Virus record (IMG/VR): IMGVR_UViG_3300023443_000233 | Origin: a virus | DNA: 42,505 nucleotides | Reading direction: 5' to 3' (one strand) | Shown here: positions 7,761 to 16,849 of the stretch, piece after piece | How positions within the stretch are numbered: the stretch's first letter is position 1 | How the letters are laid out: each line of letters opens with the position of its first letter | Translations under genes and position numbers: made by a program | The notes under the pieces: generated by a model | The model's input: only the letters and a program-made list of their open reading frames with translations | Told to the model about the DNA's origin: nothing | Database searches by the model: none

Positions 7761-9097
7761 CCTTTGAATTATACGACTATCAGGAAGATTTGATAAAGAG
7801 GGCTAGAGAGTCTTTTATCAATGGCTATCGTGCTCCTTGTATCGTTTCTCCATGCGGTTCAGGCAAAAGTGTGGTGATTGCAGAAATCGCTCGTAAGACA
7901 ACATTAAAGGGCAATCAGGTATTGTTCTTGGTCCACAGAAAGGAATTAATTGACCAAATAAAAAACACCTTTGAAACACATGGTGTGGATATGAGATTTG
8001 TAGTTTTCGGAATGGTCCAAACAATCGTTAGAAAGTTAGGAAAAATAAAGAAACCTAAGCTGATCATAACGGATGAAAATCATCACAGTTTAGCTAGTAG
8101 CTATAAAAAAATTTACGAATACTATTCAGATGTCCAACGAATAGGCTTTACCGCAACACCAGTCAGATTAAACGGTAGCGGTTTGGGAGATGTCAACGAT
8201 TTGTTGATAGAGGGAGTATCAGTTAAATGGTTGATTGAAAATAAACGACTAACTCCATTTAAATACTATGCACCAGCGTTGATCGATACTTCAGTTTTAA
8301 AAATGAATTCTATGTCTGAATTCTCAAAAGGCAGTATAGATAAAGCATTGGAACAAAAAGCTATATACGGTGATGTTATCAAGCATTATAAAAAACTAGC
8401 TGAAGGTGAGCAAGCGATCGTATATTGCCACAGTATAGAGTCTAGCGAAAAGACTAGAGATTTATTTATCGAATCAGGATACCAAGCAGCACATATTGAC
8501 GGAAAAACGAATAAACAGGAACGTGATTCAATTATTGAAAAATTTCGTAATCACGATATTAAAATTCTGACAAATGTTGATTTGATCGGTGAGGGATTCG
8601 ATGTTCCAGATTGCTCAACAGTCATAATGCTAAGGCCCACTAAATCGCTCTCGCTGTTCATCCAGCAAGCCATGAGAGGGATGCGTTACAAACCAAATAA
8701 AATATCTACAATCATTGATCACGTAGGTAATGTGAATGAACATGGTTTACCGGATATGCCAAGGCAATGGAGCTTGGCAAGTAAAAAAAGCCGAAAGAAA
8801 GAGGATGTCATACCTATTAAGGAATGTCCTAACTGTTTTGGAACTTATGCAAGTGAAGTTGGAAATATTTGTCCTTATTGTGGGCATGAGATACCGAAAG
8901 AAGAGCGTTCTGCAAACCTTGAAACAATCGAAAGTGCAGAACTACAAGAAATAAAAATCAATCTAGATACAGGAAAGTATGCAGCAATGGAACCAGAAGA
9001 AGCTGAGAGTGTCAGCGATTTATACAAAATGGCTGATGCTAAAGGTTATAAAAAAGGCTGGGCATTCTTTCAAGCCAAAAGACTAAACCTACTATAA
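7757..9097 (+). CDS. SF2 DEAD/DEAH-box helicase with C-terminal zinc ribbon
   Basis: Helicase motifs present: SPCGSGKS (I), TDENHH (II), FTATP (III) and QQAMRGMR (VI). CPNC...CPYC forms a zinc ribbon. Confidence 0.9.
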   Translation: MTFELYDYQEDLIKRARESFINGYRAPCIVSPCGSGKSVVIAEIARKTTLKGNQVLFLVHRKELIDQIKNTFETHGVDMRFVVFGMVQTIVRKLGKIKKPKLIITDENHHSLASSYKKIYEYYSDVQRIGFTATPVRLNGSGLGDVNDLLIEGVSVKWLIENKRLTPFKYYAPALIDTSVLKMNSMSEFSKGSIDKALEQKAIYGDVIKHYKKLAEGEQAIVYCHSIESSEKTRDLFIESGYQAAHIDGKTNKQERDSIIEKFRNHDIKILTNVDLIGEGFDVPDCSTVIMLRPTKSLSLFIQQAMRGMRYKPNKISTIIDHVGNVNEHGLPDMPRQWSLASKKSRKKEDVIPIKECPNCFGTYASEVGNICPYCGHEIPKEERSANLETIESAELQEIKINLDTGKYAAMEPEEAESVSDLYKMADAKGYKKGWAFFQAKRLNLL

Positions 9098-9120
9098 AAA
9101 ACAGAAAGAGGTAATTAACT

Positions 9121-9624
9121 ATGACAGGATTTAACTTAGATTTCAACGACAAATTTGAAGGCGGCGGAATTACAGACGGAGTTTATGAAGTGATCGTAAA
9201 TATCGCGACTGAAGATGCAACAAAAAGCGGAACAGAATACGCACAATTAGATTTGATCGTCCGTAACGATGTACAACAAAAGCACCAAAATCAACATATC
9301 TTTCATAAAATTTGGAAGAAAAAGGACACAGGCAAATACAATTTCCAAATGTTTAACACTTTAGGTTGGGCTTTTCGCTTAGACGAAGGGAAATCATATG
9401 GAAGTATTGACGATTTATTACAAGATTTCTTTATGAAAACTGCTAAGGTAACCGTTAAAAACGAGCAATCAGAATTTAACGGAAAAACTTATGACAACTT
9501 GAATGTAAAACGGTGGGAACAGTCGGCTTTCCCAAATATTCAACATCAATTCAAAGATAGCAGTAAACCGAATGATTTTGCAGGCGGAAGCATCGATATT
9601 AGCGATGATGATCTTCCATTCTAA
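9121..9624 (+). CDS. DUF669-like protein with SSB-type acidic tail
   Basis: 167 aa. Conserved position after AAA_24 and the helicase. The C-terminus ISDDDLPF mimics the SSB C-terminal protein-interaction tip. Confidence 0.7.
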   Translation: MTGFNLDFNDKFEGGGITDGVYEVIVNIATEDATKSGTEYAQLDLIVRNDVQQKHQNQHIFHKIWKKKDTGKYNFQMFNTLGWAFRLDEGKSYGSIDDLLQDFFMKTAKVTVKNEQSEFNGKTYDNLNVKRWEQSAFPNIQHQFKDSSKPNDFAGGSIDISDDDLPF

Positions 9625-9644
9625 TTAAAGGGAGTTGAAAGTGT

Positions 9645-11972
9645 GTGGCGTATGAACACATTCCAGAAGAACTAAAGCAGCAAAAACAATGGTGTGTATA
9701 TCGATTGGTATGGAACGAAGAGAGAAAAAAACACACCAAAATACCAGTCGATCCACACACTGGAAACAATGGTAAATCTAATGATGAGAGTACGTGGTCT
9801 GATTATCAGACCGCACTCTCTGCAATAGAAAAATATAACTGTAATGGATTAGGTTTTTATTTCAAAAAACCTTACTTCGGAATTGACATTGATAATATCG
9901 AAGGTGAAATTCAACGATATTTACAAGGCGATATCGAAACAAATATGATGTATGAATTTGTAACATCGATTAAATCTTATGCTGAATACTCTCAATCGGG
10001 TAACGGTATCCACATTATCTGTAAAGGAAAATTACCTGGTCACAGACGTAGAAAAGGCAATGTCGAAATGTACGATTCTGGAAGATTTTTCGTTATGACA
10101 GGCAACACTGTCGATCGCAAATATAACCAAGTCATCGAACCATCAGAAACCACTCTAAAACTGCTATACAACCGATATATTGGAGACGATAAGATTGTAA
10201 GGTTTAACAATCAAAACGTCTCAGAATCGAAAATAGACCTCTCAGAAAGCGAGATAGTACAAAAAGCATACGAAAGTAAGCAAGGCGCCAAATTCAAAGT
10301 ATTTATGGAGGGTGGTTGGGAAGCTTTTTATGATTCCCAATCCGAAGCCGATATTGCTTTCGCGAACATGTTGGCGTTTTGGACCGGTAGAGATTATGAG
10401 AAGATGGACAGCATTTTCAGAGATTCGTCTTTATTTAGACAAAAGTATGACGAACGCAGGCCACCAAATTCAACATACGGCGGAAACTTATTAAACAAAG
10501 CAATCCATGAATGTGAAAATACCTATACGCCTAGCCAGTCGCATGGTTTCAGAATTTTCATTAAAGAGTTTGAAGAAAAGAAAGAAGACAAATTCTACTC
10601 CTATGATGACACCGGGAATGCAGAAAGATTTATGGATGTGTATGGAACCTTAGTCAGATACTCATACATTAATAAAGAGTTTTATTTCTACGATGGCAAG
10701 AGTTGGAAGATTGATGATACAGGTGAAATATCAAAAATGATTGATACCACAGTTGACATGATGAAAAATGAGAAAGTTTATATCCCTGCCGACTGTGAAG
10801 ATCCAGAAAAAATTGAAGAAGCCTTTAGGAAACACATCAAGCGTTCTCGGGGGAATTCTGCAAAGAAAGCTATGAGAGAACAAATCATGCACCGTGTATC
10901 GGTTTTACCAGATGAGTTTGATAGCGACACAACACTTCTAAATACACAAAATGGATATTTAGATTTGATTAGTGGAGTATTGCACGAACACAACATAGAC
11001 AAAAAGTTTACACGAATAGCAAATATTGAATATACAGATAAAATCGATGCACCGCAATGGACCGAATTTTTAAATCAAATATTTGATAACGACCAAGAGT
11101 TGATTAGATATGTTCAAAAGGCAGTTGGTTACTCACTCACTGGGTCCACAAGAGAGCAGAGTATGTTCGTGCTGTTCGGCGCTGGTAGCAATGGTAAATC
11201 TGTGTTTCTAGATACTATCTCATATATCATGGGCAGCTATGCGACGAACATGCAAGCGGACACGATCATGGTTCGAAAGTCTAACGGTGGAGCTAATACA
11301 GATATAGCGCGTTTGAAAGGCGCTAGGTTGGTGACATCATCTGAGCCTAATGAAGGCGTGCGTATGGATGAAGGTTTGGTCAAACAGTTGACTGGTGGGG
11401 ATAAAGTAACTGCTCGCTTTCTATACGGAAAAGAATTTGAATTTACACCAGAATTCAAGCTTTGGTTAGCAACTAACCACAAACCGATCATTCGAGGTAC
11501 GGATGACGGAATATGGCGAAGAATGAATTTAATCCCTTTTACCATACAGATTCCTGATCACAAAAAAGACAAGAACCTTAAATATAAACTTAAGCGTGAA
11601 TCGGTAGGAATCCTAAATTGGATAGTAGAAGGTTGTCTGATGTGGCAGAGAGAGGGTTTGAAACGACCAAAAATCGTTGAGGATGCTTCAAAAGAATATC
11701 GAGAAGAAATGGACGTAACTGCAGCATTTATCAACGATTGTTGTGAGAGAGGGATAAATAAGCGAGTAAAAGCTAAAGATTTTTATCAAGCGTACAAAAC
11801 TTGGGCAAACGAAAATGGTCAGTACGAAATGAATAGTACAAAGTTCGGTAAGGAAATGAGCAACAAATTTAATAAGAAAAAAAGTGGTGGAGTCATAGTT
11901 TACGAAGGAATTTCATTAACAGACGAATTTACGACATACGAAAACCAAGGAATTAGAAATTTGTTCAATTAG
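9645..11972 (+). CDS. Bifunctional prim-pol / D5-P4-type primase-helicase
   Basis: 775 aa. N-terminal prim-pol pattern (GIDIDN ... SGNGIHII), a central D5_N-like region, and Walker A GAGSNGKS in the C-terminal P4-family helicase. Confidence 0.9.
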   Translation: MAYEHIPEELKQQKQWCVYRLVWNEERKKHTKIPVDPHTGNNGKSNDESTWSDYQTALSAIEKYNCNGLGFYFKKPYFGIDIDNIEGEIQRYLQGDIETNMMYEFVTSIKSYAEYSQSGNGIHIICKGKLPGHRRRKGNVEMYDSGRFFVMTGNTVDRKYNQVIEPSETTLKLLYNRYIGDDKIVRFNNQNVSESKIDLSESEIVQKAYESKQGAKFKVFMEGGWEAFYDSQSEADIAFANMLAFWTGRDYEKMDSIFRDSSLFRQKYDERRPPNSTYGGNLLNKAIHECENTYTPSQSHGFRIFIKEFEEKKEDKFYSYDDTGNAERFMDVYGTLVRYSYINKEFYFYDGKSWKIDDTGEISKMIDTTVDMMKNEKVYIPADCEDPEKIEEAFRKHIKRSRGNSAKKAMREQIMHRVSVLPDEFDSDTTLLNTQNGYLDLISGVLHEHNIDKKFTRIANIEYTDKIDAPQWTEFLNQIFDNDQELIRYVQKAVGYSLTGSTREQSMFVLFGAGSNGKSVFLDTISYIMGSYATNMQADTIMVRKSNGGANTDIARLKGARLVTSSEPNEGVRMDEGLVKQLTGGDKVTARFLYGKEFEFTPEFKLWLATNHKPIIRGTDDGIWRRMNLIPFTIQIPDHKKDKNLKYKLKRESVGILNWIVEGCLMWQREGLKRPKIVEDASKEYREEMDVTAAFINDCCERGINKRVKAKDFYQAYKTWANENGQYEMNSTKFGKEMSNKFNKKKSGGVIVYEGISLTDEFTTYENQGIRNLFN

Positions 11973-11984
11973 TCTAGTCCAATC

Positions 11985-12252
11985 AGGGATAGTAGGGATA
12001 GTTAGGGAGTGTTTTTATAACCAACCCTCCCCGTCCTCAAACCCTTGGTATTCCTATATTTATATTACTTATTTTTCTTTTTAGGGATAGTAGGGATAGT
12101 AAATATTAAAAGTAATATAAAAAAGTAAAAAATAATTATTATATAAGGAATATGTTTTTGGGTCAAACTATCCCTAACTGTCCCTGCTTTTTTATCAACC
12201 CGTTGGGAGAGTAAGCTTGAAGCACGGGGAGGGTTTAAGTACTAGTATCCCT
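11985..12252. repeat. Iteron cluster with AT-rich core; probable origin of replication
   Basis: AGGGATAGT occurs directly at 11985, 11994, 12083 and 12092, with a variant AGGGAGT at 12004. Inverted copies are ACTATCCCT 12167, GTCCCT 12180 and GTATCCCT 12245. An inverted pair AACCCTCCCCGT 12023-12034 / ACGGGGAGGGTT 12224-12235 is present. TATATTACTT / AAGTAATATA bracket the central iterons. The AT-rich block is 12101-12160. Confidence 0.65.
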
Positions 12253-12275
12253 AAAATCTTTAAAGGAGGGCGACA

Positions 12276-12608
12276 ATGCAATCTGAACAATCAATCCAAA
12301 ATGAAATATTAATCGAGTTATCGAAAAAAGGCTATAAAGCTTTTCGCACGAATGCCGGCAAAGTTAGAACAGAATCTGGCGGAGTGATTAAACTGCTGCC
12401 AAAAGGACATTTTGATATTTATGGCTACAATCCGAACGATCAAACAGTTTTTTATATCGAAGTAAAGAACGCAAAAGGCAAAGCAAGACCAGAACAAATT
12501 ACCTTTCATAAAGCATTGCAAAAAGACGGCATTGTTCACGGCATTGCTAGAAGTGCAATGGATGCACTGATGATCGTGGAAGAAAAAATAGTAGGGTGGG
12601 GTTTTTAA
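12276..12608 (+). CDS. VRR-NUC domain nuclease
   Basis: 110 aa. The PD-(D/E)xK-type pattern GHFDIYGY ... FYIEVKNAKGK ... QITFHKAL is present. RBS AAGGAGG is upstream. Confidence 0.8.
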   Translation: MQSEQSIQNEILIELSKKGYKAFRTNAGKVRTESGGVIKLLPKGHFDIYGYNPNDQTVFYIEVKNAKGKARPEQITFHKALQKDGIVHGIARSAMDALMIVEEKIVGWGF

Positions 12609-12769
12609 TGACACCGACACAAGAAAGCATACGCAAACTATCAGATAAAGAGTTAATAGCTCAACTAAAAATCGTGCGAAGCGGGCAACGGCGATTTGAT
12701 TTCCGCGAAAAATGGATTCGTGAAGAAATGGAACGGAGGAGTAAAGATGAAAAAACAAGAATTGATTGA
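12608..12769 (+). CDS. Hypothetical 53-aa basic protein
   Basis: TAATG overlap with the VRR-NUC stop. Overlaps the next gene by 23 nt. Not in the ORF track. Confidence 0.35.
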   Translation: MTPTQESIRKLSDKELIAQLKIVRSGQRRFDFREKWIREEMERRSKDEKTRID

Positions 12770-13340
12770 TGACATAGAAAAAAATAAAAATGAATTTTAT
12801 AAATTATCTACCGACATGAAAAGCACTGGAATTTCCAAATGCATAGCCACAGGAACATATACGGGACTTTCAATTTCACAGAAAAAGATTGAGCAACTAG
12901 ATGAACAACCGAAAGTTACTGTACCTAAGTTTGTAGCTGATTGGATCAAGCAATGCAAAGAAAATGCCACACTAGCTGATTGCTTAAAAGGATATTATGA
13001 AATCTCTGATGGCGAAGGTGCCGGATCGGAAGATTTCCAAAATTGGGTTGTGGATAATGAAAACGATGAGCTGACTGCCAAAGCTTGGATGTTTGGATAT
13101 GAAGTGGAGAAAGAACAGTTGTATCAAGTCAAAATTCCTACAGTTAATTGGGATGAATATAGTTCCGAATTAGTGACAGAATATGCTTATCTCATATGGG
13201 ATATAACTAGTGATGAATATAAATTGTCCGCAAGTAATAAAGATTACAAAAGTTGGAGAGCTTCTTTAACCGAATCAGAAATCAAATCAATCGATGAAAG
13301 ATATTGGGCATTCGCAGTACCAGTGGAGGAAGACAAATGA
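12747..13340 (+). CDS. Hypothetical protein (DUF1642-like pattern)
   Basis: ATG 12747 lies 5 nt after GGAGGAG. The segment LDEQPKVTVPKFVADWIK resembles Lactobacillales phage DUF1642 proteins (recalled from memory, not verified). Confidence 0.65.
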   Translation: MKKQELIDDIEKNKNEFYKLSTDMKSTGISKCIATGTYTGLSISQKKIEQLDEQPKVTVPKFVADWIKQCKENATLADCLKGYYEISDGEGAGSEDFQNWVVDNENDELTAKAWMFGYEVEKEQLYQVKIPTVNWDEYSSELVTEYAYLIWDITSDEYKLSASNKDYKSWRASLTESEIKSIDERYWAFAVPVEEDK

Positions 13341-13510
13341 AAGTTAAAATTTATGGATTAGTTACTGGCAAAATATTTGCACAGGGCGAAAAGAACGACT
13401 GCATCAGAGAGTTGCAAAGTAGATATCCAGACTTTAGCAGAGGGATTAAGAAAGAAATTGTAAATAATCCTGTTTATGATGAACCGCTGGCCATCAAGCC
13501 GATTAAATAG
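13337..13510 (+). CDS. Hypothetical 57-aa protein
   Basis: ATGA overlap with the upstream gene. GGAGGA lies 6 nt upstream. Confidence 0.6.
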   Translation: MKVKIYGLVTGKIFAQGEKNDCIRELQSRYPDFSRGIKKEIVNNPVYDEPLAIKPIK

Positions 13511-13611
13511 ATTAGGCGTGCCGCTGAAGAAAGGCAATTTTGCAGGTGCAACGGTCGAGATAATGAGTCAGTAATCGGAAGATATTACCAACCAGAGAGG
13601 GATTGAAAATA

Positions 13612-13779
13612 ATGAATGAAATTTACAAAGAGTATAAGACACGTTATCCAAGTATCGTGCCTAAAGGGTCTGTTGGGATTTGTACGGATGTAGTAAATGC
13701 ACATGTCTTTGCATTAAAGATTAAGTTCAGTAACGGTGAGGAATTTTGGTTTATGAGAAGGGACTTGGAAGAAATCTAA
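13612..13779 (+). CDS. Hypothetical 55-aa protein
   Basis: ATG follows GAGAGGGA. Not in the ORF track. Confidence 0.45.
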   Translation: MNEIYKEYKTRYPSIVPKGSVGICTDVVNAHVFALKIKFSNGEEFWFMRRDLEEI

Positions 13780-13823
13780 TTCCACTATCCACCAAAATAG
13801 AGGACTAATGAAAGGGTGAAATT

Positions 13824-14387
13824 ATGTCAAAAAGGTATGAAAGCAGACCTTATCATGTAGTGATGTTTGTCTCACGAAATAAAGATAATTCTGAGTTGCA
13901 AAATTTCAAGCAACGGACAAAAGCTTTCTTAACACAGAAATATCCAGATGAACTGGAAACAGACTTTAATGAGTTTTGTGAACGTGGTGTTGCTAAAGAA
14001 ATGAGCCGTTTCTATGTGTCTGTAAATGCAAGAAAACACGAGGTTATCCATAAAGCTTTGCAGCACTATCTAATTGATAGCCAAGATGCAAGTCTGGCAA
14101 ATATTGAAAAATTAATTGCTAGTTTATCTATGAAGCAAGGAACAGCATTAACAAAGAGATTCTTATTTGATTATGATGATGATCCAGTTTCAGTAGGTGT
14201 ATTTTTAAGTGATGTCAAACAGGCATTGGGAGATAAAACCCCAGTTGAATTACAAAAGACCGTCAGTGGCTATGCAGTGGTGACAGAGCGTGGATTTGAT
14301 ACAAGAGATCTCTTAGCGAAGTGGGAAAATGTTGAATTGAAAAGAGACGGTATGCTATTTGTCAAAGCTCAAAAGAAATTAGGATAG
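13824..14387 (+). CDS. Hypothetical protein
   Basis: 187-aa ORF with RBS-like AAAGGGTGA upstream. No motif recognised. Confidence 0.75.
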   Translation: MSKRYESRPYHVVMFVSRNKDNSELQNFKQRTKAFLTQKYPDELETDFNEFCERGVAKEMSRFYVSVNARKHEVIHKALQHYLIDSQDASLANIEKLIASLSMKQGTALTKRFLFDYDDDPVSVGVFLSDVKQALGDKTPVELQKTVSGYAVVTERGFDTRDLLAKWENVELKRDGMLFVKAQKKLG

Positions 14388-14430
14388 TCAGCTATTCGAC
14401 GAAATAATTAACTAGAGAGGAATGATATCA

Positions 14431-14829
14431 ATGGAATATCACAAAGATACAATTGAAAAACTAAAAGAGAAAGTTTTGATGAAAAGAATCAATGAGCTAT
14501 CAAACAATAGTCTAGTCTTAGTAGATGGTACAATCATTAATTTTGAGTGTACTGATGCAGATTGTTGCGCTTCTGCTGACGGTACTTGGGAAACAGCTAA
14601 AGCTGATGGTCTTATAACCGATGTGCAACTAATCGATGTGAAAAAAGATGTGGAAGAGTGGGGAGAAACTCAAATGGTCGCGAAGTTAGTAGTAATGCAT
14701 GATCATAATCCTATCGCCCAAGCTCAACTGAGAGCAGACAACGGAAATGGGGATTATTATTTCAGTGTTTTATCCGTTTTTGTTAACGGAGAAGAGGTAG
14801 GGAAGATTTTGGAAAGCTATTATGACTAA
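14431..14829 (+). CDS. Hypothetical protein
   Basis: ATG 14431 lies 10 nt after GAGAGG. The track start 14422 is too close to the RBS. Confidence 0.7.
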   Translation: MEYHKDTIEKLKEKVLMKRINELSNNSLVLVDGTIINFECTDADCCASADGTWETAKADGLITDVQLIDVKKDVEEWGETQMVAKLVVMHDHNPIAQAQLRADNGNGDYYFSVLSVFVNGEEVGKILESYYD

Positions 14830-14868
14830 TCAGCAATCGTCAGCGATAACTAAAAAATACCTAAATAT

Positions 14869-15006
14869 CTAATTTTTAAGGAAAGCAACTAAGAAAAATA
14901 AAACAGCTGGAATCCAAAAGAACTTTGATCCTATTCCTAGTACAAAAAAAGCTACAGCTAAACCAAGATAAGTTTTATCTGCATCATTATAATTATGAAA
15001 TTTCAT
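14869..15006 (-). CDS. 45-aa two-helix membrane peptide (antisense moron)
   Basis: Sequence MKFHNYNDADKTYLGLAVAFFVLGIGSKFFWIPAVLFFLVAFLKN. ATG 15006 is preceded by AGGAGG (15014-15019). An extended -10, TGATATAAT, lies at plus-strand coordinates 15026-15034. Confidence 0.55.
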   Translation of the reverse strand: MKFHNYNDADKTYLGLAVAFFVLGIGSKFFWIPAVLFFLVAFLKN

Positions 15007-15050
15007 ACGATCGCCTCCTATGGCGATTATATCATGAATGGAGGGATGAG

Positions 15051-15488
15051 ATGGTACCAAAATTTAGATGTTGGGATGAAAGATTAGGTTTGACAGAAGT
15101 TGTGAGCATTGATTTTTTTAGAAAGAAAATCAAAATTAACCACTGGGAGTACGGAGATTCTAATTTCTTCCCTTTAGATGAGGTTGTCCTCATGCAGTCC
15201 ACTGGCTTGAAAGACAAGAACGGCGTGGAGATTTTTGAAGGGGATGTTCTTTTGCATACAAGTTCATCCGTTAATTACAGTGATACTTACTGGCACAGCT
15301 ATGTACAAACATACCGAATGGGTAACGGGGCGTTTAGAATCAAAGGCAAGCATATTTATGATACAGATTTGATGGGTGCTAGAAGCAGAATAGAGGTAGT
15401 AGGAAATATTTATCAACATCAAAAATTGTTAGAAAAAGAATACTTTAGCACATCTGATGGCGTTGTGGTGCAAGCCAATGAAAACTAG
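15051..15488 (+). CDS. YopX-family protein
   Basis: The sequence MVPKFRCWD ... QSTGLKDKNGVEIFEGDVL ... VVGNIYQH is the typical YopX pattern. GGAGGG lies 6 nt upstream of ATG 15051. Confidence 0.8.
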   Translation: MVPKFRCWDERLGLTEVVSIDFFRKKIKINHWEYGDSNFFPLDEVVLMQSTGLKDKNGVEIFEGDVLLHTSSSVNYSDTYWHSYVQTYRMGNGAFRIKGKHIYDTDLMGARSRIEVVGNIYQHQKLLEKEYFSTSDGVVVQANEN

Positions 15489-15666
15489 CCAAGCAATCAT
15501 GTTGATACTGCTAACGATCGCTGGCTTAAGTTGGCTATCCTATACAATAATCAACCAGCAACAGCAGATCGTGAAGCTAGAACAACAGCTACAGCATGAG
15601 CAACTAAAATACAAAATGCTTTATCGTGATCCGGTGGTTAGGGATGCGATTGAGAGCGGAGGGTAG
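15478..15666 (+). CDS. Small membrane protein
   Basis: 62 aa with TM helix AIMLILLTIAGLSWLSY. Overlaps the yopX end by 11 nt. Confidence 0.55.
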   Translation: MKTSQAIMLILLTIAGLSWLSYTIINQQQQIVKLEQQLQHEQLKYKMLYRDPVVRDAIESGG

Positions 15667-15669
15667 AAT

Positions 15670-15924
15670 ATGGAAAACAAGCGATCAAGTATAGAAAAAA
15701 TGAGTGATGGAATAGGACTTTTCTTTCAGGGGATAGTCGAATTGTTTTCAGATGTTGTATCCGTTATATCTAAAGTGTTTAAGCAAATCGACTGGGAATT
15801 GCTAGCGAAAGTATCAACTGATACAGAAGTAAAAAAATATTACGCAATATATCATAGGACTAAGAACTCCAGAATAAAGAAGAAACAGATTAAGAAAATA
15901 AAAGCTATTTTGTATGGAGGTTGA
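15670..15924 (+). CDS. Hypothetical protein
   Basis: 84-aa ORF. GGAGGG lies upstream of ATG 15670. Confidence 0.6.
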   Translation: MENKRSSIEKMSDGIGLFFQGIVELFSDVVSVISKVFKQIDWELLAKVSTDTEVKKYYAIYHRTKNSRIKKKQIKKIKAILYGG

Positions 15925-15926
15925 CC

Positions 15927-16121
15927 ATGAGAATACCTAAAAAATCAAATCATGTTCGTGAAGTTAAAATGATGGAAGTTATTCATGTCGTTTCGTTCGA
16001 AGGTGAGGGAACCAAGGAAAATCCAGCAAGGTTGATCGATGAATATTACTCCAAAGAAGGTGCCTTGCTAGCAACGAAAGATGAATGGCTAGAGCGGGAA
16101 ATTGAGAAGGTACAAAAATGA
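15927..16121 (+). CDS. Hypothetical protein
   Basis: ATG 15927 lies 6 nt after GGAGG (15916-15920). Confidence 0.6.
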   Translation: MRIPKKSNHVREVKMMEVIHVVSFEGEGTKENPARLIDEYYSKEGALLATKDEWLEREIEKVQK

Positions 16122-16411
16122 CAGAAGCAGTCTTGATATTTGTAGCCGTAATAGCTTCTGTATTCGCAAGTGTGATTTTTGGTAAGGAAGATAATGAGGA
16201 GGGCAATAAAATGAAAGACAGACATTTTATTTGTATCGATAGTTTTGAAAGCGAAGGGCGCTATTGTTTGGTTGGCGAAGTATACACCGCATATAAGATC
16301 GATGGCGGTTATAAATTGGTGTTTGAGAATGGAGAAATGAATTTTACGGATAATTTATTTGAACGAACCTTGAAAGCTTGGGAAGGCGTTCTGGTCGAGG
16401 AGGGCAAGTGA
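16118..16411 (+). CDS. Hypothetical protein (alternative internal start 16211)
   Basis: ATGA coupling at 16118 would add an N-terminal TM helix. In-frame ATG 16211 has the stronger RBS, GAGGAGGG. Confidence 0.6.
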   Translation: MTEAVLIFVAVIASVFASVIFGKEDNEEGNKMKDRHFICIDSFESEGRYCLVGEVYTAYKIDGGYKLVFENGEMNFTDNLFERTLKAWEGVLVEEGK

Positions 16412-16825
16412 TTGGAGAAATGGCGTGTTGAACGAGTCAAGGCAGTGTTGAAAGATTACCGAGATACGGATAAGTACGTCAGGAAGCTTGAAGAAGAGAT
16501 TCGAGTTCCGTATCGGGAAGAGGATATAAATGGAGATATCAAGGGGTCCAGAAGTGACAGTGATACAATGTTTGGTACATTGTGGACCATTGAAACAGAC
16601 AAGCAGATCCGGCGTTTGAAACGCAATAAGCAGATTGTACAAGAACTTCTCGATGAGTGCGGCAGTGACACTGAGACGATCATTCGAGAGTTGTATATCA
16701 AACGATTTCCGCAATATACGATGCAAGGGCTGGTTGATAGTTTCCAGATAAAGTGTGGCAAAACAAAAGCATTTGAATATCGGAACAGATTTTTCGAAGA
16801 GTTAGACAAGATGCTTGATGTATGA
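16412..16825 (+). CDS. arpU: ArpU/RinA-type late-gene transcriptional regulator
   Basis: 137 aa. The pattern VKAVLKDYRD ... LKRNKQIVQELLDECGSDTETIIRELYIKRFP is typical of the ArpU family. It is the last gene before the packaging region. Confidence 0.85.
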   Translation: MEKWRVERVKAVLKDYRDTDKYVRKLEEEIRVPYREEDINGDIKGSRSDSDTMFGTLWTIETDKQIRRLKRNKQIVQELLDECGSDTETIIRELYIKRFPQYTMQGLVDSFQIKCGKTKAFEYRNRFFEELDKMLDV

Positions 16826-16849
16826 ACGATTTGCGGAATTTTAGGCACT

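Noticed and set aside
12318-12758. 146-aa minus-strand ORF over the VRR-NUC gene
   Set aside because: It is antisense to two RBS-supported plus-strand genes, and its sequence is hydrophobic and Phe/Cys-rich, typical of AT-rich antisense frames.
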